Source: a virus. From it: a DNA stretch of 64,000 bases. A program made the translations under genes and the position numbers. The stretch is from the IMG/VR virus record IMGVR_UViG_3300020048_003650, positions 1 to 64,000 of that record. The stretch is one strand, 5' to 3'. Under the pieces are notes generated by a model. That model was not told the origin of the DNA. It did not search any database and saw only the letters and a program-made list of their open reading frames with translations. Positions 55,292-64,000 of the stretch are shown here, in pieces; positions within the stretch are counted from its first letter, which is position 1; each line of letters begins with the position of its first letter.

Positions 55292-55960
55292 ATGAATTAT
55301 AAATTATTAGCCGTTGTCGGCGTATCTGCAGTTCTAGCCGGCTGTAGCTCACCGAAATATCATAGTAACAACAATCCTGGTGGTCAGGTCGCCCCCGGGA
55401 ATCAGTCCGCTATTAGTGAACAGCGTGCAACAGAGGACTTTAAGCGACAGGGCATCAAGATTGAATACACCTGGGGTGGCATGGGTAGCGGCATCAAAGC
55501 GCTTGAGGTAACTGGCTACGCCCCAGTGTGGGGTAATAGTTCACAGGCAATTGAGAGTTCCTACAAAGTGGCAGAGTTGGATGCCAAACGTAAGTTAAAT
55601 GATTTTATCAATCGTGAAAGTATTCAAAGTTCTACAAGTGTCAATATTATCACTCGTAACTTGGAAAAGGCACAGGATAACAAGCGTAACAATATTGCTA
55701 CCAACGTTACTACCAGTGACGCCGATGTAGAATCCGGTGGCGGCAGTAGGAACGATAACGTTGCTACTAGACAGGACGCACTTAATATTGCCAGCACCCT
55801 TCAACAAAGTATTAGAACAAGTAGCCGCGGTATTTTAGGCGGTCTTCGTATGGTAGATAATGAAGTTATCAACGGTGGTCGCACTGTTCGTGTTGTCTTT
55901 CGTTGGGAAGAAGGTCTTAATAAAAGCGTAATCGATGTTCGAAAAGTCATGAGTCGCTAG
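55292..55960 (+). CDS. lipoprotein
   Basis: LAGC lipobox. Confidence 0.75.
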   Translation: MNYKLLAVVGVSAVLAGCSSPKYHSNNNPGGQVAPGNQSAISEQRATEDFKRQGIKIEYTWGGMGSGIKALEVTGYAPVWGNSSQAIESSYKVAELDAKRKLNDFINRESIQSSTSVNIITRNLEKAQDNKRNNIATNVTTSDADVESGGGSRNDNVATRQDALNIASTLQQSIRTSSRGILGGLRMVDNEVINGGRTVRVVFRWEEGLNKSVIDVRKVMSR

Positions 55961-55968
55961 GAATAACG

Positions 55969-57105
55969 ATGAAGTATAGATTGATATCTTCTCTATCTGT
56001 TATTTGTGGTTTATTGACTGGGTGCGCTGGCGGCGGAGTGAACGTTGCCAGCAGCATGGGCGGAATCGGCTCAGCAGTTCAGGCTGCCAGCCCCGTCTTA
56101 ACAGTGATTAGCGTTAGTGCTACGGCAGTTGACATCTTAACAAGTGGTCAGCGAGAATATCGAGTTAAAATTCGTTCTACCGATACGGATCGTAACAGCG
56201 CACTACGACAGGCATTTCAGGAAGCCTGTAGCGTAACATTCGGTAGTACGGTGGCTAGTGAATTGGAAAGCAATCAGGGTCGACTTACTCGTGATAATGT
56301 TGTTAGTTACACCGGTTGTTATGTCAAGAATCAGGTAATAGAATCACAATCTCGCGAGCCAAATGGCGAAGTAACCGTGCTGGCTACCATTACGGTAGCT
56401 AGCAATAAATTAAGTGGTCGTCTACTGGGTAACAGTAGTCATGATCAATCATTCAACGGTGAACAACACGCCGATAGAATATCCACATTTCAAACAGCGA
56501 TGTCTGGTGGTGACCAACTGATTGACACTGTTATGAAAGACTTTCCCTCACGCGCCTACAAGTTAGATATTGCCAAGATTAGAACCATGACAAATCGTGA
56601 CAGGTCTGGATTCATATTGATAGATTATCTCATTCAGTTAGACCCAAACTATTACAAGGCACTTGAGAATTTATTTGCCGTTACTGGAAAAATTCCAGCT
56701 GGTAAAATCATGGGTGTTTATCCTGCCGGAAAGTGGGGCGTTAATAATCCTGTGGCGGAGATACGAGTTCCTGGATTTATGTCCATGAATACCTATCAGT
56801 TTAGTGATCAGATTACCGTTGATAAAATCTCGGCTGGACTTAATCGTCCTCAAATGATGAAAATTTATGCCGAGTTCGGCGGCGAATACAGTCATTTAAA
56901 CGCTAACGGATGGAAATTAATTGGCTGTGTTCCCGCTGCGTGGAGTCGTGATACCAAGATGATAGATATTAGCAGTCGAGGTGGCAGTATTAGTGATAAA
57001 AAAGTATGGTATCAATTTAGATTGGATTATAGAACTCCACAAGAACTAGACACACTTAGAAATATTACTAATTTAAAACTATCGGTAACTGGCGATAATT
57101 GTTAG
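55969..57105 (+). CDS. lipoprotein
   Basis: LTGC lipobox. Confidence 0.75.
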   Translation: MKYRLISSLSVICGLLTGCAGGGVNVASSMGGIGSAVQAASPVLTVISVSATAVDILTSGQREYRVKIRSTDTDRNSALRQAFQEACSVTFGSTVASELESNQGRLTRDNVVSYTGCYVKNQVIESQSREPNGEVTVLATITVASNKLSGRLLGNSSHDQSFNGEQHADRISTFQTAMSGGDQLIDTVMKDFPSRAYKLDIAKIRTMTNRDRSGFILIDYLIQLDPNYYKALENLFAVTGKIPAGKIMGVYPAGKWGVNNPVAEIRVPGFMSMNTYQFSDQITVDKISAGLNRPQMMKIYAEFGGEYSHLNANGWKLIGCVPAAWSRDTKMIDISSRGGSISDKKVWYQFRLDYRTPQELDTLRNITNLKLSVTGDNC

Positions 57106-57145
57106 GAATTTAATAGTCATCTATGAAAAAAGATAAGTATTATCT

Positions 57146-58351
57146 ATGAGTAGCATATTACATTGTTCCTTCTGTGGAAAACATAAAAACGCCGTTAAAA
57201 AATTAATCGTCGGTGACAGTTCAGCAATCTGTAATGATTGTATTGAACTGTGCACGGATTTATTACTATCCGATACTGAATTAGATGTTCAGTCTGAATC
57301 TAAACGTGTTAGTTTATTTCCAGATGATATCAAACGTTTTTTAGACGAATACATTATCGGCCAAGATCGTGCCAAAAAAATAATAAGTGTCGCCGTTGCC
57401 AATCACTATAAAAGAATAAACAATAAAAGCGATAATATCACTGTTCAGAAAAGTAACGTGTTGATAGTTGGTCCAACCGGTAGCGGAAAAACTCTGCTTG
57501 CTAAAACTGTTGCCAAATATCTAGATGTTCCATTTGTAATAGCAGATGCAACTAGTTTAACCGAGGCTGGTTACGTTGGCGACGATGTAGAAAGTATGAT
57601 TACTAGATTGTTGGCGGCGGCCGGCGGCGATGTTGAACGTGCTGAACGAGGAATTGTTTTTATTGACGAAGTTGATAAAATTGCTAGAAAGAGTGAAAGT
57701 GCTAGTATTACTAGAGATGTCTCTGGCGAGGGTGTTCAACAGGCACTACTAAAATTAGTAGAAGGCACTGTGTGTAGAATATCACAAGACGGTAAAAGAA
57801 AAAATCCCAGTCAATCAATGATAGAAATAGATACTACTAATATCTTGTTTATCGCTGGTGGTGCATTTGTCGGATTAAGACAGTTAGTAGAAAATAGAGT
57901 CAGCGGAAATAGTATTGGATTTTCTGCATCAGTTGCAAATAAAGATAACAACATTGAGTATCTTGATCAATTGATGCCGGACGATCTTACTAAGTTCGGT
58001 ATGATACCAGAATTTACTGGCAGATTTACCAGCATTGTTAATATTACTGAACTAGATAAAGAGCAGTTAATACGAATCCTTACCGATGTTAAAAGTAACT
58101 TTATAGATCAATACACTTATCTATTTGGACTAGATGATATCGAATTACGTTTTGAAGCGGAGGCTATTGAAAAAATCGCAGAAAATTGTCTTAGATTAAA
58201 AACTGGCGCAAGGGGTCTACATAATGAAATGGAACGAGTTCTGATGCCTCATATGTATGAGATACAATCTTACATAAAAAACAACACTCGTCTGATAAAT
58301 ATTACCAGTGAACTAGTAGATAGTCCCACAGTATTACTGGAGGATAAATGA
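57146..58351 (+). CDS. clpX: ATP-dependent Clp protease ATPase ClpX
   Basis: C4 zinc finger, GPTGSGKT, GYVG, IDEVDK, RDVSGEGVQQ, IGF loop, GARGL. Confidence 0.96.
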   Translation: MSSILHCSFCGKHKNAVKKLIVGDSSAICNDCIELCTDLLLSDTELDVQSESKRVSLFPDDIKRFLDEYIIGQDRAKKIISVAVANHYKRINNKSDNITVQKSNVLIVGPTGSGKTLLAKTVAKYLDVPFVIADATSLTEAGYVGDDVESMITRLLAAAGGDVERAERGIVFIDEVDKIARKSESASITRDVSGEGVQQALLKLVEGTVCRISQDGKRKNPSQSMIEIDTTNILFIAGGAFVGLRQLVENRVSGNSIGFSASVANKDNNIEYLDQLMPDDLTKFGMIPEFTGRFTSIVNITELDKEQLIRILTDVKSNFIDQYTYLFGLDDIELRFEAEAIEKIAENCLRLKTGARGLHNEMERVLMPHMYEIQSYIKNNTRLINITSELVDSPTVLLEDK

Positions 58352-58557
58352 AAGTAATTATCAAAGATGGTCAGTCGTTTGAAAGTGGAATACGTAAATT
58401 TAAAAAGAAAATAATTGATAGCGGTCTAATGCAGGAATTTAGAGACCGTGAGTTCTACGAAAAACCAACTACCGCTAGAAAAGTAGCCAAGGCAAAAGCA
58501 AAATCTCGTTGGAAAAAACATTTGCGTAGTCAAGAACTACCTAAAAAATTATATTAA
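58348..58557 (+). CDS. rpsU: ribosomal protein bS21
   Basis: FE..IRKFKKK...G...E.R.REFYEKPT. Confidence 0.92.
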   Translation: MKVIIKDGQSFESGIRKFKKKIIDSGLMQEFRDREFYEKPTTARKVAKAKAKSRWKKHLRSQELPKKLY

Positions 58558-58559
58558 TA

Positions 58560-59132
58560 ATGATAGTCTATATTCATGGAGCCAACGCTACTGGTTCAAG
58601 TTTTAATTACTTGCGAGATCATTTAAAATATGATGATTTAGTAATTGAATATGACAGTAATAATGGCTTTATGAATAACGTGAATTTAATATCTGATCGA
58701 TTAAAAGACATTGATGAAATGTTTTTTATAGGTCACAGTCTAGGTGGAATTTATGCGCTACATTTATCTGAAATATTCGCTGATAAAATTCTAGGAGCCG
58801 TAACTCTAAGCACACCCTATAACGGAGCAGAATGTGCTGAATATGCTAAACATTTTTGGCCTAGGCATAGACTATTTCGTGATATCGGTCCATCAAGTGA
58901 ACCTATTAAACGTAGTAAAGAAATATCAATACCTCATCCATGGACAAATGTAGTATCTACTAGTGGCTCAAACCCACTAATTATTTACCCTAATGATGGT
59001 GTAGTTACAATAAATAGTATGAAGTGCAGAAATGATATGACTCTGATAGAAATCCCAGTCAATCATTATGAAGTGGTATTAAGTCCACTTTCGCTAGAAA
59101 TTATACAAGGAGAATTAAATGGCCTACGGTGA
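58560..59132 (+). CDS. alpha/beta hydrolase
   Basis: IHGA, GHSLGG, NDGVV, NH. Confidence 0.85.
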   Translation: MIVYIHGANATGSSFNYLRDHLKYDDLVIEYDSNNGFMNNVNLISDRLKDIDEMFFIGHSLGGIYALHLSEIFADKILGAVTLSTPYNGAECAEYAKHFWPRHRLFRDIGPSSEPIKRSKEISIPHPWTNVVSTSGSNPLIIYPNDGVVTINSMKCRNDMTLIEIPVNHYEVVLSPLSLEIIQGELNGLR

Positions 59133-60519
59133 AAAAGTTTTGGATCACTATGAAAATCCAAGAAATGTAGGATCATTGGATAAAAATGATCCTGAAGTTG
59201 GAACAGGCATGGTTGGTGCACCTGCATGCGGCGATGTTATGAAGTTACAGATTAGAGTAGAGAACGACATCATTATTGATGCTAAGTTTAAGACATATGG
59301 TTGTTTGACTAGCAATACCATGGTAAATACTCCAACAAAATCCAAGAAAATTTCTGATTTAAATGTTGGAGATGAAGTTCTCGCGTGGAACGGCGAAACA
59401 ATCGTCAATCAAAAAATCAAAGAAATAATTACACACAGTGTGCCGGTAGAAGAGTTATTAAAAATAACGTTTCAAAGAGAATCGCACCGTAAAAATATGA
59501 GACCAGGTACATTTTCTTTAATCTGCACGAAAGAACATGTTTTTTGGAATCATGATAATAAACCAATACTTGCTCAAGATTTAAAAATCAACGATGAGCT
59601 GTATGAAATAACAGAATACGAATTGAGAAAATTGACCAATGTTCGTCATCGGTCTGAATTAAAAAATAAAAACAGCGAAAGAATGTATGAGTTTAATAAA
59701 ATTTTTGACCATTCTGTTCTTCCTCAAAACCAAAAAGGTTACGTACATTCTGAAGAATTTTCTAAGAAAATAAGCGCATCATCTAATAGAAATTGGTCTA
59801 ATCCTATCTACATAGAGAACTGGAAAAATGGTATGGCTTCAATCGTCTGGACAAAACCAACAAGCGTAGAACAAAAATACATAGACCTCTTTGAGGAAAA
59901 TAACGTAGCGGTCAAATGGAGTTCTGGAAAAATATGGATTCAAACAGACTGTGGACCAGCCAGCCCAGATTTTATTGTTCCAGGTAAGAAAAAATGTATT
60001 GAGGTGTATACAAAGCGTATGCCTAAATTTATGCAAGATCGTTCCGAAGAATCGGATTATGTATTCAAAAGAACGCAACAATTAGCGTCTGCTGGATACG
60101 AAACTTTATTTTTGGCCGTAGAAGATATCGACGATTCATTACCTAAGGTCCAGAATTTTGTTCACAACGGGATGAAGATAACAAGTGTTTCCTCAATCGA
60201 TCACAAAAATATTTTGCGTGGTTGTCAACGTGACGGGAAAAATGTTATTGTTTATGATTTGAAATTAGAGGATGGTGCCCATGTATTTTTCACGAATAGG
60301 GTCGGGTCACATAATTGCGGCAGTGCGATTGCCAGTTCGTCATTGGTAACTGAGTGGGTCAAGGGCAAAACGCTTGACGAGGCTGGAACAATTCGTAATA
60401 CAGAAATTGCTCAGGAACTTGCCTTACCACCCGTTAAAATCCACTGCAGTATTCTGGCGGAGGATGCAATAAAAGCAGCAATAACGGATTACAGAAAGAA
60501 ACATGATATTGCCAATTAA
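59119..60519 (+). CDS. iscU: Fe-S scaffold IscU interrupted by an intein
   Basis: NPRNVG, APACGD, FKTYG|intein|CGSAIASSS, LPPVKIHC; spliced length 128 aa. Confidence 0.93.
   Translation: MAYGEKVLDHYENPRNVGSLDKNDPEVGTGMVGAPACGDVMKLQIRVENDIIIDAKFKTYGCLTSNTMVNTPTKSKKISDLNVGDEVLAWNGETIVNQKIKEIITHSVPVEELLKITFQRESHRKNMRPGTFSLICTKEHVFWNHDNKPILAQDLKINDELYEITEYELRKLTNVRHRSELKNKNSERMYEFNKIFDHSVLPQNQKGYVHSEEFSKKISASSNRNWSNPIYIENWKNGMASIVWTKPTSVEQKYIDLFEENNVAVKWSSGKIWIQTDCGPASPDFIVPGKKKCIEVYTKRMPKFMQDRSEESDYVFKRTQQLASAGYETLFLAVEDIDDSLPKVQNFVHNGMKITSVSSIDHKNILRGCQRDGKNVIVYDLKLEDGAHVFFTNRVGSHNCGSAIASSSLVTEWVKGKTLDEAGTIRNTEIAQELALPPVKIHCSILAEDAIKAAITDYRKKHDIAN
59302..60315 (+). mobile_element. intein (338 aa) with an internal PD-(D/E)xK-like endonuclease
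   Basis: starts CLTSNT, block B CTKEH, block F VYDL, ends SHN before Cys; internal PTSVE...PDF...CIEV. Confidence 0.88.
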
Positions 60520-60994
60520 GGTCTGGCCAGATCCAATATTGATGAAGCCGTGTCAGCCGTGGGACTTCGAAGACCCGCCGTTAGTAGTAAATTTTTTAAT
60601 GGCAGATATGATTGAAACAATGGCAAAAAGCGGTGGCATTGGACTGGCTGCAAATCAAGTTGGAATTTCATATCGTGTAATTGCCATGCATGTACAGGAA
60701 ACTGGAGAGTACATCACTCTATTCAATCCTGAAATTGTATCCGTGAGTGAACTACAGTACATAGCAATGGAAGGTTGTTTAAGTTTTCCCAAAGTTATGC
60801 TAGACATATCTAGACCAAAAACAGTTGAGATTCGGTATGTTGATCATTTTGAACGAGAATATACAAGAACGTTCTCGGATATTGATGCTAAGTGTGTACT
60901 ACACGAAATTGACCATTTAGACGGGAAAACATTTAAAGAGTATGTTAGTCCACTTAAATTTAGTAGAGCCATAGAAAAAGGAAGAAAACGATGA
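60503..60994 (+). CDS. def: peptide deformylase
   Basis: GIGLAANQ, EGCLS, HEIDH. Confidence 0.95.
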   Translation: MILPIKVWPDPILMKPCQPWDFEDPPLVVNFLMADMIETMAKSGGIGLAANQVGISYRVIAMHVQETGEYITLFNPEIVSVSELQYIAMEGCLSFPKVMLDISRPKTVEIRYVDHFEREYTRTFSDIDAKCVLHEIDHLDGKTFKEYVSPLKFSRAIEKGRKR

Positions 60995-61317
60995 TTACAG
61001 TAACTGAACTAGCATCAACGAAAATTAAATCGTTATTAGAAAAACGAGGCGGTGGTTTAGGCATCCGTATTGGAGTCAGAACAACCGGCTGTAGTGGATT
61101 GGCATACACACTAGAATATGTCGATGTTGCACCGGTGACACGTGATCAATTTGTCTATGAAAGTAATGATGTAAAAGTATGGGTTGACGGTAAAAGTTTA
61201 GTTTATCTTGATAATATGACCGTTGATTGGCGTCGCCAGGGTTTAAATGAGGGGTTTGACTTTATTAATTCCAAGGAAGCGGCCCGTTGTGGGTGCGGCG
61301 AAAGTTTTACAGTCTAA
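60991..61317 (+). CDS. iscA: A-type Fe-S carrier IscA
   Basis: TTGCSGLAY, CGCGESF. Confidence 0.93.
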   Translation: MITVTELASTKIKSLLEKRGGGLGIRIGVRTTGCSGLAYTLEYVDVAPVTRDQFVYESNDVKVWVDGKSLVYLDNMTVDWRRQGLNEGFDFINSKEAARCGCGESFTV

Positions 61318-61369
61318 TTCATCCAAATAATATTGACATATTTAACCCAATGTAGTATCATAAATACAT

Positions 61370-61427
61370 ATACAGATGCCGATGGTCGGGTCTGTATTAA
61401 AATTCTTGCTTAATAGGAGAAAATATC
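61370..61427 (+). promoter_or_regulatory. ROSE-like RNA thermometer
   Basis: 5' hairpin atacagat..gtctgtat, then TTGCT opposite the AGGAG SD, before a small heat-shock gene. Confidence 0.65.
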
Positions 61428-61874
61428 ATGACAAGAACTCTTTCACTTCGTACCTCAGATTTACATCCCACACTACATAAATTCGGAATTGGCTTTGAAG
61501 ACATGCTTGATAACATTCTACGCACTGGCGCAAACCAAGCAGTTGGATATCCTCCGTATAATATTGTTAAACAAACAGATGAAAAATATTACATTGAGAT
61601 TGCTACTGCCGGATTCACAGAGGGAGAAGTATCAATCGAATTGAACAATCAAGTACTGACTGTTCGAGGAGAAAAACAAGATAGTGGTGACGCAGAGCCT
61701 GAATATCTACATCGTGGAATCAGTAGCAGAAGTTTTGAGCGTGTCTACACATTAGCAGAACACGTTGAGATTATTGACGCTACTAATCGAGATGGCATCT
61801 TAACTATCTTCTTGGAGCGAATTGTTCCTGAAGAAAAACGTCCAAAAACTATTGACATTAAGTATTTAAAATAG
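61428..61874 (+). CDS. small heat-shock protein (IbpA/Hsp20)
   Basis: YPPYNI, AGF, YLHRGI..R.F, GIL.I.L. Confidence 0.93.
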   Translation: MTRTLSLRTSDLHPTLHKFGIGFEDMLDNILRTGANQAVGYPPYNIVKQTDEKYYIEIATAGFTEGEVSIELNNQVLTVRGEKQDSGDAEPEYLHRGISSRSFERVYTLAEHVEIIDATNRDGILTIFLERIVPEEKRPKTIDIKYLK

Positions 61875-61936
61875 TATAATAGTTACTTAAAATGATGGCG
61901 ACGTCGGTCGCCATCAAACAATACAAGGGAATAAAA

Positions 61937-62242
61937 ATGTCTAAAGTAGAAGTTGGCACAAAAATTAAACCAAACACCAGAATTGCAGAACCTTCACTTT
62001 ATCGAGTATTTTACATTAATGATGATGTTACTACTATGAACTTTGTCGTGACTTCGTTAGTTCAATACTTTAATCACACAGAAGAATCTGCCATTGAAAT
62101 GACTGAAACTATTCATAACAATGGTAGCGCCGTTGTGGCTATTTTACCATATGAAATTGCCGAACAGAAAGGGGTAGAAGTTACATTGGAAGCCAGAAAA
62201 AATGGATATCCTCTACAAGTTAAAATTGAGCCAGAGTCCTAA
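61937..62242 (+). CDS. clpS: N-end-rule adaptor ClpS
   Basis: NDDVTTMNFV, IH..G, EIAEQK, YPL. Confidence 0.9.
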   Translation: MSKVEVGTKIKPNTRIAEPSLYRVFYINDDVTTMNFVVTSLVQYFNHTEESAIEMTETIHNNGSAVVAILPYEIAEQKGVEVTLEARKNGYPLQVKIEPES

Positions 62243-62937
62243 ATCTCTACACGTTTTGGCCAATATGGAATACTGATATCTCTGGGGTTATTTAAAAAGT
62301 GTATTCTATCAATTTTAATATCCACGGTGATGTCATTAGTTCCAAATAACCAAGCAAGTATCTTTTGATTCGTGTCAAACATCAGACTCATTGCTAAATT
62401 CATAGGATCTTCAAAGTGAGATGTTGAATTTTTAAAAGCCAGATATTCACTAGGCATACTATTACTAATTACTAATATTTTTTCAACATCTTGTTGAGTT
62501 TGCAATTTTTTAATCGTAGAAGACAAATAAGAAACATCATCAATTTTAAGTTGCTGAACAGTATGAATATCTTCCAAATCAAAGATATCACGTTTATTTC
62601 CAAACCAACCATTACAGCCTACAATAGCAACATCATTTATTATAATTGCATGATTGTGCAGATATATTACATTTGATAACTTATTACATATTTCTTTTAT
62701 ATCTGATATTCTTTGTTCATAATTATGTATGTTAGAATGCTCTATTGCGCCATCAATGTAAAAAACACCTCGATAAACTTCGTCGAGATGTTCTAGTACA
62801 CGCTGAACTACAAATAAATCATCGCTAATGTTTCCGGCAATCGCACAAAATAAACTAGTTGGCTTACCAGTCCAATCAAACATATCAGTATCTGATAAAT
62901 TTAAATCACTGATGAGATCAATCGAAAATGGTGCCAT
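62239..62937 (-). CDS. degenerate calcineurin-like phosphoesterase fold
   Basis: ISDLNL, AGNI, GAIEH, WLFGT, NNPR; metal ligands replaced. Confidence 0.6.
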   Translation of the reverse strand: MAPFSIDLISDLNLSDTDMFDWTGKPTSLFCAIAGNISDDLFVVQRVLEHLDEVYRGVFYIDGAIEHSNIHNYEQRISDIKEICNKLSNVIYLHNHAIIINDVAIVGCNGWFGNKRDIFDLEDIHTVQQLKIDDVSYLSSTIKKLQTQQDVEKILVISNSMPSEYLAFKNSTSHFEDPMNLAMSLMFDTNQKILAWLFGTNDITVDIKIDRIHFLNNPRDISIPYWPKRVEI

Positions 62938-62943
62938 TATTTT

Positions 62944-63339
62944 TTATTTTGTTGGTGTCGGTGTTGGCTTTGGCTGTCTCCTTGGAGTAGGCTTTTTAAC
63001 ACTAGTAGAAGGTGAATTAGTTTTCGGTTCAACCGTTGTTTTTGGTTTTGGTCTGGCTCGTGGCTTTCGACCTCGAGTTTGTTTTCCACCAGTTTCAACT
63101 TTTAATTCCGGAACCTTATTTTCAACAACAGTTTCAGATTTAACCGTAGCCACTAGCGGCACGTTATCTGATTGACTGCTATTAGTTACTACTGGGGGCT
63201 CTACTTTGTACGGTGCTTCAAAATCCGCTGCTTTATTGGAATTATCAGAATCTTGCTTTTTGGATGCAAAAAACACATGATAAGCTGCCCATACCAATGC
63301 TACACCAATTAATACAAATACGACGACTTCTAAGTTCAT
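62944..63339 (-). CDS. membrane-anchored protein with K/P-rich tail
   Basis: N-terminal TM, EAPYKVE, low-complexity C-terminus. Confidence 0.7.
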   Translation of the reverse strand: MNLEVVVFVLIGVALVWAAYHVFFASKKQDSDNSNKAADFEAPYKVEPPVVTNSSQSDNVPLVATVKSETVVENKVPELKVETGGKQTRGRKPRARPKPKTTVEPKTNSPSTSVKKPTPRRQPKPTPTPTK

Positions 63340-63437
63340 TAAAATTCTCCTAAAATTTTATTTATTATCCAATATTATTGACATAACACTTTTTATGATA
63401 TATAATACAAGAGTAAAATATTTATCAAGGATATTCA

Positions 63438-64000
63438 ATGACAAAAGATAATATTTCTGTTGAATCACAGGACGGTGAGCCTGGTGATTTTCTAAGAAAA
63501 TATGGAATTTATGTATTCATGGATGAGGTCACCAATGAAACCATCAAGCCAGTAATAGAATGGATACTACACGAGAATTATGTGGTAAAGAATAAAAAGA
63601 AAGAATTACTATTAATGATCTGTAGTGACGGCGGCGAATTAAGTAGCGCATTTGCACTAATTGATACAATGAGATCTAGTCATATTCCAATTAAAACAGT
63701 TGGACTTGGATTGATTGCCAGTAGTGGGTTGTTGATTTTTATCAGCGGCGCAAAGGGTAGAAGAATTTTAACTCCCAACACCAGTATCTTAAGTCATCAA
63801 TTTTCTGCAGGTTCAGAAGGAAAATCTCATGAACTATTTGCCACTGTTCGAGAGTTTGAATTAATTAACAAGCGTTTGATAGAACACTATCGTTTATGCA
63901 CAGGTCTAGATACTGATACTATCACGGCAAGATTATTGCCGGCACAAGATGTGTGGTTAGATCACGAATCTGCTCTGGAACTTAATATCTGCGATAGTGT
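63438..64000 (+). CDS. clpP: ClpP-like protease subunit (runs off the window end)
   Basis: manual translation: ICSDGG, IASSG (Ser), SHQF (His), QDVW (Asp). Confidence 0.88.
   Translation, partial: MTKDNISVESQDGEPGDFLRKYGIYVFMDEVTNETIKPVIEWILHENYVVKNKKKELLLMICSDGGELSSAFALIDTMRSSHIPIKTVGLGLIASSGLLIFISGAKGRRILTPNTSILSHQFSAGSEGKSHELFATVREFELINKRLIEHYRLCTGLDTDTITARLLPAQDVWLDHESALELNICDS

Noticed and set aside
1-64000. Alternative genetic code, or a bacterial chromosome origin
   Set aside because: Known proteins are full length in code 11 and there is no suppressor tRNA; host-like genes are embedded among phage lysis, fibre and promoter-cassette features.

Overview
This window reads as part of a large (jumbo-type) tailed phage genome, not a bacterial chromosome. 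It has dense small hypothetical ORFs behind repeated sigma70 promoters, T4-like late TAAATA motifs, a lysis cassette (holin, GH19 endolysin, two spanins), fibre-like virion proteins and no host housekeeping operons. The Burkholderiales-type porin and OmpA suggest a betaproteobacterial host (inference). Layout: 1-7.8 kb, tail of a probably permuted tmRNA, 13 tRNAs, a pseudo-tRNA and unannotated structured RNAs; 8.6-26 kb, a cluster of tailoring enzymes (oxygenase-like, methyltransferases, sulfotransferase-like, class IV aminotransferase, adenylation core, radical SAM) built around a TctA/TctC transporter; 26-33 kb, accessory and lysis genes; 33-45 kb, a CsgF-CsgG-curlin-FecR-CHASE2 cyclase module interrupted by pstS plus a PlcP-like/GT4 pair, then a homing endonuclease, porin and OmpA; 45-50.6 kb, a 1843-aa fibre; 51.8-55 kb, an array of promoter-headed mini-cassettes; 57-64 kb, ClpX, bS21, intein-split IscU, deformylase, IscA, Hsp20, ClpS and ClpP. 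The best candidates for undescribed biology are: (i) five or six tRNA-flanked RNAs that share a covarying 15-23 bp closing helix but carry different cargo, several of them in a boxA-headed RNA operon; (ii) a basic 51-aa ORF whose stop codon lies inside tRNA-Lys, which predicts a non-stop mRNA; (iii) a folded ~215-nt RNA ahead of a DUF6847-like gene; (iv) a phage phosphate-starvation lipid-remodelling cassette; and (v) a promoter palindrome that appears to act as a recombination point. All family assignments come from motif recognition by eye; no searches were run.
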